From positions 124,001-179,823 of the forward strand of contig NOWV01000162.1 of the NCBI GenBank assembly GCA_003344405.1: DNA of 55,823 bases. The letters run 5' to 3'. This document shows, piece by piece, positions 1 to 12,380 of this stretch; the first letter of the stretch is position 1; each line of letters opens with the position of its first letter. The notes beneath the pieces were generated by a model. It searched no databases. It was given only the letters and a program-made list of their open reading frames with translations, and had not been told where the DNA came from. The translations under genes and the position numbers were made by a program. Origin of the DNA: Trichoplax sp. H2 (lineage: Eukaryota).

Positions 1-11
1 CATTTTCGCAG

Positions 12-3000
12 GTTAAGAATAGAATTGATGCTGAGCAACACCGGTGTCAGAAATTTTTTCATGTTAGTTCGCATAGTAAAGTACTGAAAGCGTGCATATC
101 ACGACTAACAGCTGAACAGATAGACTATCTCAACTGCGAATGTGCACGACTTGTAAAAAATGAGTTAATCGACGGTAAGCATTGGACTTTTTATATAATA
201 GATCTTTAGCGTAATAATGGATTGTAATTAAATTTCAGAGCCTTCGGTATATCATATTTTACAGTTGCAGTGCCAATAATAGATTCCAGACAATGTATCT
301 AATTGATTTACATATATCACTTATAGATTTAAACTGTTTATATAAATTACTGAGATTGGTTGATAATGGTCTAAAAGTTATGCTTCAGGAGATAGAAAGT
401 CATATCAAAAGAATTGGTAAGTTGCTTGTTATAAATTTATTCAGAAAAGTAAACTTGATACCACGCACTAAATATTATATAATACGAAATAGTACGCAAC
501 ACTAGTAATAAAGTAAAAATGTTTTAGGCGTTGAAGTCACTGCTGACCTACGGAAGGAAAACGTACGATGAATTGAAGATTGTAGCAGATCGAATCTTTC
601 CATACAATTTTAAATAAAGCATATTAAATTATTAACAAATTTTCTTTAAATGTCGTATTGTAGACTTGTGAAGATTATGTGAATGCTATGCTTAAGGTAT
701 CCGATAGATTTTCGACACTGATCCAACAGGCTTTTGAGGAAGATCCGGAATTTAAGACAATCTTTGGAAAAGTAAACTAAAGCTGGCCAGAATATTTGAT
801 ATATAGATATATTTATTAATTTAAGGCAGTATCAAATGACATCATTATTTAAAACATAGGCCATCAGAGCTGTAATAAATCATTCGAACTCTTCCAGTAC
901 TCCTATCAGGGCTGCTGAAATTGTAAATGATACCGTAGCTTTTTCAATTAATTCTATTGATCAGTTTTATTCGGGTCGTTTCTGTCTGACTAATGTAACA
1001 TTTTTTATTAGCTCGCTAGATACGCGGACATTCTTTTGAAGAAAGGTTCGAAAAACTGGAGTGATGCTGAGTTGGATGATAAGCAATCTCACGTGGTTAA
1101 TAAAGAAGCCGAAATACGTTTTACTCTTCCTGTTTGATTTATAGCTTTTCTTACTCAAATTTATCGTTTCAGATTAACCTATTTAAATATGTGGACGATA
1201 AGGACCTATTTCAGAAGGTATTAGTTCAAGTTTTGCTTCTACAATTTAAGTAGCGATTTCCATTCGAAGAGTAGTGCAGAAGGCTATTTTAGCTACTACA
1301 GATCGCAAATCTCATTCATTGATTATATTTAGTTCTATAGCAAATTCTTAGCTAAGCGATTGATTATGAATGGATCGATATCGTTGGATGCTGAGGAAGA
1401 AATGATAAAAAAATTAAAGGTATTAAAAATTAAGTAAAATACTCAAATTTGTCTAGATTTCGGATATACATAGCCACATTTGATTGTAATATCTTCTTTG
1501 AATATCAGATTATTTGTGGTTACGAGTATACAAGCCGACTACATCAAATGTTCACAGATATACGTTTGAACGAAGGTGTAAACAGCGAATTTTCATCTTA
1601 TTTGAATAAGAAAAACATCAAATTAACCGTGAATTTTAGCGCCAGCGTCCTACAGGTATGTAGTCATGCAATAATATATCACTTAAAACTGCTGACTTTT
1701 TGTTTCTGTTACCGTTACCAGTCTGGAGCCTGGCCTTTAAATCAAACTTCTTCGCCATATTCTATACCACCAGATCTGGAAAGATCGCTCACAACGGTAT
1801 TATTCTAAGTTTGATACAATAAAATATTCACTTAGAGTTAATCTTAAATCTTTTTTCAGTTCGAAGAATACTACTGCACCTCGTTACACCGTGGAAGAAA
1901 ACTAGTTTGGTTACCTTACCTCTCTACTGGTAAAATTTAATACTTATAGAACGAAGTGTTTATAATTCGTATGCAGTTTTCTGTAAAACTAACCAATGCT
2001 GCAATTTGTTAAATCCCTTTTTAGCTGAACTTCGTATGACCTATCTAAAGAAGGGTTACTATGTCACTACAACAACTTATCAGATGGCAGTTTTACTTTT
2101 ATACAACAATGCTTTATCGTATACAGGACGGTAGGTCAATCACTGAATGTAAACTATATTAAACCGTTAAAGCTATACTTTTCTAATATAAAGTTGGTAC
2201 AATTGCAACAGAGATATCGCAACGTGGACGCAATTGACTGAAAAGGAATTAATTAGAACTCTCTCCAGTCTAGAAGCAGCAAAAATTCTAATTAAAGTTA
2301 GAATTTTTAATTAATGTTCTGTTACAGCAAAAATTTTTTAAAAGAATGTATCGTAATTATAGGAAAATTCCCGTGAAGGTAATAGTTATAAGCTGAATTT
2401 AGAATTTGGTAATAAACGCACAAAATTTAAGATAGCATCATCGTCTATACGTGAGAGTCCTCAGGTAAAGGATTTTTAATTGCTCCCCTTATCCATCTAA
2501 TTTAAAATAGTAGAGATAATTTACCTATTTTTTATGTTCTTCAGGAAATAACCAAGGTTCACAGTAGAATTGAAGAAGAGAGGAAATTATTCCTACAGGT
2601 AAAAAGCATGGATAACTTTGCAGTTGAGTGTTTCGGTGTCTAAGTAATTAAATGTTTATATGTAACTTGCAGGCAACAATAGTTCGAATAATGAAATCGC
2701 GAAAAGTCTTAAATCATAACTCCCTTTTAGAAGAGGTTAAAAATTTATTTAATGCGTGTGATATCGTATAGTCATAGATTGCAAAAGTTTTCTTATTCTC
2801 ATTTTAACCTGACTGTTAGGTCATTAAGATGTCAGTTAATAGATTTTCGCCCTCCATTGTGCTTATTAAGGTAAGTTTTCGAATTACTATTCTAATCTAT
2901 GCTATACAAGTATCTACGGAATGAAAGCTTAAATTCTTAACGTGGTACTATATCATTGTTAGAAATGCATTGAACTTCTGATCGAGAAAGATTACATGAA

Positions 3001-3043
3001 GAGAAATGAGGGAAGACAAGATGAGTACAACTACATCGCGTAA
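12..3043 (+). CDS. CUL2: Cullin-2, 3' portion (about 18 exons in the window; 5' end lies upstream)
   Basis: Spliced GT-AG exons translate to cullin motifs: VKNRIDAEQHRCQKFFHVSSHSKV (12-174), [61 protein letters not shown], the neddylation motif ATIVRIMKSRK, and C-terminal KCIELLIEKDYMKRNEGRQDEYNYIA with TAA at 3041-3043. These are closest to CUL2 by recalled sequence. Confidence 0.92.
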
Positions 3044-5437
3044 AATGCGCAGTGTGACACTTAATGGCTTACTCGATCTTAGTAATGTAAATGAGAGCTT
3101 TGTGGCTAAATAGCATGAAATAACTCTGTTCCATATATCTCTTGTCGTGATTATTGCAAAATCATAATTAAATGAATGAGTGAATGAACGATTGGTTTTT
3201 TACCACCTAAATGATTTGAGTGACTTATTTATTGCCAAGCTCATAGTTGTCTATATGATCCATTGGATACTTGTAAGGGCAAAGATACGTATTTTGCTAT
3301 GTACACTGTACAGTATAATGATGCGATAATTAATAACTTTTTCTGGAAATGTCTACATTGTAACGCAAGAAATATCTTGCGTTATCTGGAAGTAAACTAA
3401 TTACTGCCTATAACTTTTACCTGTGTTTTATGTGTTCAATGATAAAGTAATTCCATCAATAGGTACTTGAATATACTATAATTTTACTTCTTGATACGAT
3501 GCTTAGAGTCGCTATCCGCTAAAGCGTGCAGTTATGCTGTAGTACATAATGTTCATTATCTATCAGAATTGAAAGATACTATAATGAAAACATTACGATC
3601 TACGTAGTGCTGCATATTAAGTACGTATAATATGGTGAAGCAGTACTGAATTATTTAGTAATTTACTGTAGATTAGAATTTAGAAAGCTAATGCACTATA
3701 TTATAGTAAAATGATCCACGTATCTATTGTTGGTCCCTCGGTATAATTTGATAAGGGTACATTCAGCCGGCAAATGGTGGTACGTATATAATTGTAGTAT
3801 TGCATTTAAATCAGTTCTTAACAATAAAACTTATCAGTCTAAAACTAAACTAGCACGAAAATTCTTGTTGGGTAAGGGTAACAGCATATTACTACGGTAG
3901 TGAACAGCAGGCGATACTATACATATTTAATACGTGCATTTAACGTGTATATTAGGTAATAAGGTACACGAGTGAAAAAGGGGACAAACATCTGATTCGT
4001 AACTTCAATTTCTTTAGTTTTACACACCCGTATAGGGTCTATACACAACTTATAATAAATTCGTAAAACTAGCGAACAAATTTACGCTTTCTTTCGCTTA
4101 GGAATATCTAAAGAACAAGCCAAGGAAAATTGGATGAAGAAGGCGGATAAATTAATCGGAAAAAAATGTGGCAGGGAGCATGGCAGTATTTCTAATGATG
4201 CATGATTACACTTTAGTGATACGTTCTATAGCCTTCTAAATATCCATTATTAATACCGTAATAACATTCTATCGATTAGTGACTACTGTAATACAAGAAC
4301 GAGAAGGTTTTACGATAAGCCTAATATACAACGTACAGCAGTCGTTGTGGTATACTATAGTATAATTTCTTCGAGGTATAAATGCGATATACAGTACTGT
4401 AATAACAATACTCTAGCGATTCTATTCGTATACAAGAATACGCGTATGCAGTGTAATATTAGAAGATCATCGTCATGTGCGGTGAGAAGGTTTTAGTATA
4501 CGAAGTAGGATTAATCCAAGGCATTATTTGAACTAACCAAAGAATGGAGTAAATGTAGCATAGTATAATCTCTTCAGATCACTCATGAGAAATACGATAT
4601 GATAATTAATTATACCGGCCGAGAACACTATATCGATTGACAGCTACTGTAATGGGGGGAGGTGAACTAGATACTTTTTACTGTTGTTCTACCTCCGATG
4701 GACATGATGACAACAAAGCGAAACTCACACTAATTCTAATTTAATTAAAAGGATTGTGTATTGTAAGCTAATCCCCTTTAAAAAGGTGAAAATTGAACGC
4801 AATTTGAAGTATTCCTCAGTCTACACTGTGCTCTTAAAAGAGCATCGAGAAAGGATCGAGGCCCATTCCACTCTATCCCACAGCATTTAGATGATTGCAA
4901 TTTCAAGGGCATTGACTTGCAACAAAAGAAGACAAAAAAATGGATGATACTCGCAGCATATCGACGCAGTATTTGGCAAGGAATCATCCTATCCCATGAT
5001 CAACGTTGACTTACGATTGAAATAGTTGTGTACAGCTATGGACTACTAAACAGAACACTGCATTTAGTAGTCCATAGCATAGCGAAGCAGAAAAGTTCTT
5101 GTCAATACTACAGAAGGCATCGAGAAGAGTCGAGAGAAGAGAGTTATTGGTATTTGTTTGTTTGTTTTTATTTATTTATGGCTCATAGGACGGACGTCCG
5201 GATTGTTTGCATAAGTAAAAAAATCTCCACTGTACTATACACTGCATTGCTAACATGATACACTACACAGTCGGTACTATAGCCATGACTAAAAGGTGCA
5301 TGCGCTTACACACAGACCCTCGCCGCGTGCAACCAGTACATAAATCGATCGGCCAGATCCATTTCTGCACTTGACTGGTTTCCAACGAGCTGCAAGAAGG
5401 TACCTGGAAAGCGGAAAAAAACAACAACAACGTTAGA

Positions 5438-7682
5438 ATGGAAGTAAGTAGCGTTAAAATGGATCAAGAAATCATTCAATCTCAGCTGTTACCAGTACTA
5501 AATGAGAGTAAAGCAGTCATTGAAATGGTAGATTTGGATGTTAGTTGATTTGAGTTTTCCCAGTACACTTATGTCGGAAAGTTGAACCTTAAAATAGGAC
5601 GCTTTTACCGTAGGGAGTATAGACATAGTCGTAAACAGTGTCGCAGTGCCATGGCGATAACGGATTGATGAAGAGTACAATATAGAAGGATTGTTGAAAA
5701 GCTCTCCATGAAGTTATTTTAAGCTGTTCACAATTTTTCCTTTTTGTTCATTCTATATTCTGCCTTTTTAAATTGAATACAACTCATTAACTAAATACAG
5801 TCGTGAAAAATTTCTTATTCAATGACAATCCTATGGAAATGGGAGATTCCTAATTGCCATCATGATTTTGTGTTCAACCAGACTAGCTGATGTTGATATT
5901 GTCTGATCATCAAATAATGAATCATTGACTTCATTGTTGTTCACCAGATTGGACAGATGAACAAAAACTGACTGTAGGTCAATTAACTTAAAGTATTAAT
6001 TATAAATGAGAAGCTGTCAATGGACATAAGTGACGGTCAGTGTTGAGCGTATTACATACTACGGACTATGGACTGCAGAGTGGTCTTTAGAAGTGTTGTT
6101 ATTCTTCGATTTTGATTACAAATATAACAAGAGATCAATCGTTCGATCCAAAGGGCTAAAATGCACATATAGTGTAAACAGGCATGCATCTTTACCATCC
6201 TACTGCCTAACCTGATCGAAAAGCTGTGCTCATGCTTCTACAGAAAATCTAAAATCAAGTCAACATACCTACCCTACAGCAATGCAAAACCAATACTGTA
6301 CTGTAAAAATAAATTATACGCATTATAGTACACGTATACGTAGAATGTAAACTATAAAATAGAATTATTCAGTTTTCGTCTACTGGTATTGTTAACTTAA
6401 TATACGTTCGCAGACTATTCTTCCGAATACTACAATATCTTTCGTATGTAGTCGTGGTATTTTCAAAACTAATAATAGTCAACAGCAACATCTGCCTGCT
6501 ACGAAACATACGAGTGTTTTTCATGACTGCAACTATACTGATAGACTAATACAATATTTGCGATCCAAAGTTTAAAATTATGAGATTGGCAGCGAAATTT
6601 CCACTCGCATTTTACAAATTGGTTTTCAATACTATTAACTCTCTAACTTGAGTATTAATTATAGGCATTTTTAGTGTTTTAGCAGTCTCAATCGAAAGTT
6701 ATCTAAGATAGACATATGGATCGCAAGTCAGTTCTGTAAACCCAACCATTAGCATTATGTCCTACAGTACCATTGTGTTTGACGCCAATTAACAGTGCTT
6801 CAATTTTATATACACAACTGTAATTGTAATTGTAATTGTATGTAAACTATCTATCTATCTATCTGTCATATCATATTCACACTATGTACTTCAAGTGCAG
6901 CATTATATTAAAGACAAATCTACCCATAAATTAAAAATTACACAATTACATATTATTGTTACCTTACAAGATCGACTGAATAATAATATCGCATTAAAAT
7001 TCGTTAAATCCCCATATCTACATTTGAAGGAGGAATTCAAAAGTGCGGTAGATAAGATCAACAATCTTGCAAGTAAACCTTCCAATGAGGATTTATTAGA
7101 AATATACGGCCTTTACAAACAGGCAACTGTTGGCGATTGTAACACTGGTAAGTTATAATTTGTAATGATCACCAAAGTGAGATAATTTTTAATGCTAAAC
7201 TTATTATTAAAATTTGCATATATACAAGTATGCTGCATTTCAACGCTATCCTACTCATTACGGTGGTCATAATAGTAGGGAGAGAAAAGAGCTTCTCATG
7301 AATTTATCTATTCGTTGAAATATGCTTTTCGTATATATCTAAGCAAATATGAGTATGAAAATGAACGACAACTTTAACATCAATTAATGATCTTTTAATT
7401 ATGTAGATCGTCCTGGATTTTTTGATCAAAAGAATCGAGCCAAGTGGGATTCATGGAATTCTAAGAAGGGTTAGTAAGCGATAGACATAAATAGAACTGT
7501 ATCTTAATTTTTCTATACTACTGTACATTACTTATACTAATATTAGAGTACACTCTAACATATAAATACTGTATTGTGTTAGGAAACATAACCGATTGTA
7601 AATTTTGACTCTATTTTCTAATTTAGGAATGAGTACAGAAGAGGCCAAACAAGCTTACATTAAGAAAGCGAACAGTTTATAA
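5438..7682 (+). CDS. DBI: Acyl-CoA-binding protein (ACBP/DBI family). Exons 5438-5443 (inferred), 7030-7147, 7407-7469, 7627-7682
   Basis: Exons 2-4 give EEFKSAVDKINNLASKPSNEDLLEIYGLYKQATVGDCNTDRPGFFDQKNRAKWDSWNSKKGMSTEEAKQAYIKKANSL*, with the ACBP motifs YKQATVGD and KWDxW. The first coding exon ATGGAA|gtaagt is inferred from a perfect phase-0 donor and is less certain. Confidence 0.9.
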
Positions 7683-8365
7683 TGCAGTAGTTTGGGAATG
7701 CTAGTGCTATACACAATGCATTGTACACTGCATCTTGTCTAGTGATGCATTATTACGCTAGTTCTATAATTATAGTTATCCTTTATTAATTTGAAATGTC
7801 ATGATCCATAGTAACCTTAGGATGTACTTTTCAGTAGGCGGTGAATAAATATTGATGCTTATTCTTTGTCAATCTGAAGGTATCAATTATTATGACCAGA
7901 TAAAAAATTCAAATAAAAACTACGATTTAACGTATATGTAATCTTGGCATAATCACGCTTCGTATTAACTATCACTTGACAAGGACGCATTCGCTCCAAA
8001 AGATTTATAAGTTAAGATAAAAACAACAGAGCCGATAGGATCCATTGCTAGGATACTTCGTATATACAACATAAAATACAGTACAATACATCCAATATGT
8101 TAAAATATACCTGAGAAATTAGTACTTAGCATAGTACTGTGCTAACTCAATTAAGCTACTTAGTATGCAAGAATACTCCTTGAAAGGTAATACTAAACAT
8201 TTTTTAAGTATATAAATATCCAGACTGGTCGATAAACGACAGTATTACGTCAAAAGAGCTATCATATTCCACAAAATACTATATCATTTTCGTGATTGTC
8301 GACAATCTTAAATCATGTCTGCTCATCTTACTTGTATTGTAGTCAACAGTAATTAATCATAGGTT

Positions 8366-11300
8366 TTACTTTCTTGCCGATTTTGTTGACCTGTACTTTC
8401 TCTTTCCTTGTCGGGTTATCTCACTCCTATCAGCATTATCTTCCTCATGATCCTTGCCTTCCTTCATTGATCTCCTTGAATTCCTATTTGGCTATCATTA
8501 AATTATGCAGAATGCATTAACTTTGGTTGATACACGAAGTGATCAAGCAAAATCGTCTATAATGTAAGCTAAGCAGTCGGCCAGGTACAGACACCCGATT
8601 ATTCTGATAGTTTAGTTGATTACCTACTATACACGTATTACAGGCTTAAACGGATTTACTTACGTAGAAATATCCAAACTACTTTACAGCAGCATGGAAT
8701 AGGACGTAACAATTTGCATGTTATAGACTATAAAGTTAGATTAAGTGCATAGCATATTAGCACGCCTGTTATCTTACTTTCTCACCTTTTTAATGGTAGA
8801 ATAAGCGGCTGATACAATTTCGGTTCGACGATTGAAGTGATTTGTAGATTCCTGAATTTAGCAATTTTTACAAATAATAATCGATTTTATCAAGTGGATT
8901 TCAAAGGACATACATATTACTATTTGGATATGGTATCATCTTACTATAATTAATATGCTGTGCAATTCGTACCTCGTTTATATATGTATTATCCACAGTA
9001 TGCGTACTTCCAAGAAGTGACTAACAGTAAATGTAGTTAAGTAATTTAATTTTTAATTTCAATGGAATAGTCATATCATGATAATATTCACCATTAAAGA
9101 TCACTATACCTTTTCGCTACGAATTTTTTTCTGTTTCTCATAATTACGAACAGAGCTTATTTATCAGTTAAAGATATGAGCAATATATTAAAAGAAATCT
9201 AAGATTAGATAATTTCATAAATGCAATTTAGTTATCGAAAAGTTACATTACTGAACAACGCAAAGTGTACTAATAAGTTGTAGTCTTGGTAGTAGCTAGA
9301 TAACTCTAAGTTATCGATACTTACTCTATGAGTTCCTGGATTAATTCTCCTGAAATTCTACCAAGAGATTCTCGCCAATCCTCTACGTTGACATCTTGTT
9401 GAAGTTGTCCTGTTGCATTTGCAGCAATCTGCTTTTTAAGGTCGTCATACTGTTCATGAATTTCACTAAGATTCTAACGATATATCAAAAAAAGCGTAAG
9501 GTTTAACGTTCGAACATTAATCTACAGTATAATACTATCTAAAATAAGCATATCTAGTAGGATTGTACAGTAATACGCGTATTCATAAGTTATACTGTAA
9601 GCTGAAGTAAATAGCTATAAGGATTAACCTGCAACGATTCAATGTCTATTGCGTTTGAGACGGCATTCCTGGTTAATATGACTTCTGATTCATTCTCCGC
9701 ACTCGGAGAAATAATCTGATTCGAATTAAGGCATAACTGAAAAATGATAACATAATATCATCGAAAGCCATTCATCGAGAAAAATACTGTATAACTATGG
9801 CGTAATTTCAAATGAAAAAAATTTTAAGCTAATTAGGAAAATAAACCAACTCTAGTAGGCATTGCAACAAATAGAAATGCTTTTCCATTTTGTAAAATTC
9901 TTAAAATAAAGTCTGCGTCGTGGTGCTGCAATTAAATTGAAATGCTTCTATTTTAGTTCAATTTCCTCCTATCTTGATAGTAAAATGATGTGTGAAGCAG
10001 AACATCTAGAGTAATATCAAACGTACATTATGTTTCCGAATTGTTTCCTGAAATACATTCAACTCGCGATACATTGCTTCAGTTAGGCGAATCTATGGAC
10101 ATAACATGTTATCATAATTGAAGTAGGATAGCACCATATATTAAGCAGTACACTTTTATAGTTATTTTATCGACTTACCTTGACTTTGGGGACACAAAGT
10201 TGCGTTGCGTATAATGAATATAGGAGATACAAGCCACCAATTCTCATTTGAAATTCATATGAGGAACTTAGATATTCACAAGCGATTGAAAGTAGTTCGC
10301 ACGTAAACTAATTGAGAATTACATGAGGCATTTAAGAAAGCTTTTTATGGTCTTTGCTGCAGAATGATAGTATTACTGTATTTTAACAGTCATTTCCGAG
10401 CGTCTGACTATAGCTACCTCAAACTACTGTACAGTATAAGTGTAGTACGAAAGGTATCATAAACGAAGACTAGAGTGGCCCTATGCTCTAGCAATGCGTC
10501 ATTTTAGGTTTTCAATTTAAAGATCAAATAATGATGATCTTCCTTTCTAAGATTTTAGATCGAATAATATAATTCAATACTGTACTGTATAATAATTTTT
10601 GAACCTAAAACAATCCTGTCTTACCTTATTTCGAAAGTAGCCATCGCGGTGGATGCTTGAGGAAGGAACCAGGAAAGTTTACCATTTTGAAAAGAAATCA
10701 TAAGAGTTATAATTGGGTATTCATTACAAGATTAATTCAGGTTATTCAAAATGACCCAAGCCCAATCCAGACATTACTTAGAACTAGTGCAATAATAGCG
10801 ATAACTATAGTAGTAACGATCTGTGGTGAACGTAACTAAGTGTAGAATTAACATTTTTATCTTTTATTTTTATTGCGTAAGGCCTGAAGATGACCTTGCA
10901 AAGTGCAAATCGCATTTCGTATTCATGGATTAACGATAAGACGAATACTAACTAAGTGTATGTACACGTGCATCAGCCAACTATAGCCAGGTTGCTGACG
11001 AAGTTCCATGGAATATCAAGTACTCATAGAACTTTTATTTTATCCACTATACACTCTATTACCATATTATTGATGAAGTGAATAAATAGCAACATTACTG
11101 TAGGTTACAACAGTCCAGCTCTGTACTCGTATTCAGAAATAAAGACAATTTTGTAAAATAAGAAGAATTACTGTACTCTACTCTTGTCTTGGGATCACTG
11201 CACAAATATCCATATCTGCAATCCTAGAGGGTTTATTATGGTATCTTTGCAAAATTTGATCTCCATTTATGGGAATTGTATCGAAATTACAAGGCTATGT

Positions 11301-11577
11301 CAAGTCAAGACAGTCCAAGTAGGTGATAGTACCGTAAAAATAGTCGATTACTTAGTCAAGGACGGTTGATTCAGTAGGCATCACTGGCTGCATGATGTAG
11401 TCGAATATTTATGTTACTGATGCATCTACGATCATTGAATGTAATGCTACTAGCTTACCAGTGGATAAAGCTAAAATTACTTTGTCTCCATACGTGTGAG
11501 AAGTCTTTAAAGCGAACGCTACCAGTTTGAATAAACTTGCTCAACAAGGAGTTAAAGTCGTGAGAAACGGCTGCCAT
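8366..11577 (-). CDS. SNAPC1: snRNA-activating protein complex subunit 1 (SNAP43), multi-exon
   Basis: Exon 11577-11459 reads MAAVSHDFNSLLSKFIQTGSVRFKDFSHVWRQSNFSFIHC. A 31-nt exon lies at 10655-10625. Later exons read FTCELLSIACEYLSSSYEFQMRIGGLYLLYSLYATQLCVPKVK, IRLTEAMYRELNVFQ and HHDADFILRILQNGKAFLFVAMP, matching the SNAPC1 domain (human FQIRVGALYLLYGLYNTQ...AFHFTAMP). The last exon ends STKSARK* (TAA 8368-8366). C-terminal exons are less certain. Confidence 0.88.
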
Positions 11578-11890
11578 GTCCTGCACAAGAATGAATTTAA
11601 CTCATCAATCGGTTCTGCAACCAGCAGCAATTTTGTAATCTTATCCCATTCAATAAGTCAATTAGTAGCCATAACAACCTTTCACAGTATGATGGATAGG
11701 TAAGACTTTAAACTGCAAATGAATTGACTTCCCTAATAGCCTTTCTACCTGCCCTTTTGACAACCTGACTGCGGTTTATTGCTGGCTTTAAATCGCCATT
11801 TCCGTGCCAATACGCTTTGACTAGATGATGATCAACGACTCGTAGGTGTTTACGTTGTGTGTCTCTATAATGGTAAAGGATACCAGCCAG

Positions 11891-12380
11891 TCCATCCATG
11901 TCCTCTGTCTGTATATACTGTCGTCTATTTTCAATACAATGTACTGAGCCTGCGTTGAGACTACCAGATCGTCACGATCGAACTCCAGCGTCACTTCACG
12001 GTACAGTACAGTACTGTACTGTACAGCATGGACGGTTTGCCAATCCATCCATGTCCTCTGTCTGTATGTACTATCGTCCATTTTCAATTTTCAATACAAT
12101 ATACTGAGCCTGCGTTGAGACTACCAGATCGTCACGATCGAACTCCAGTGTCACTTCACGCTGTACCGTACTGTACTGCATTGTCGGTTTGCCAATCCAT
12201 CCATGTCCTCTGTCTGTATATACTGTCGTCCTGGACGACAGCATATACGGACAGAGGACATGGATGGACGACTCGTCCATTTTCAATACAATGCACTGAG
12301 CCTGCGTTGCGACTACCGGATCGTCACGATCCAACTCTAGCGTCACTTAACGGTACTGTACCGTATTGCATTGACGGTTG
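11891..12380. repeat. ~153-bp tandem repeat, 3 copies; the third is interrupted by a 36-bp inverted duplication
   Basis: Units start TCCATCCATGTCCTCTGTCTG at 11891, 12044 and 12196 and share ...CTGAGCCTGCGTTG.GACTACC.GATCGTCACGATC.AACTC... The arms 12196-12231 and 12233-12268 are reverse complements with 2 mismatches. Confidence 0.95.

Noticed and set aside
6895-7029. N-terminal extension of ACBP suggested by the ORF track (MQHYIKDK...)
   Set aside because: It starts at GTG in AT-rich intron-like sequence, and ACBP similarity begins only after the AG at 7028-7029.
11875-11883. U12-type 5' splice site GTATCCTTT on the minus strand upstream of SNAPC1
   Set aside because: There is no convincing CCTTAAC-type branch point before the acceptor at 11581, and about one such 9-mer is expected by chance in an AT-rich window of this size.
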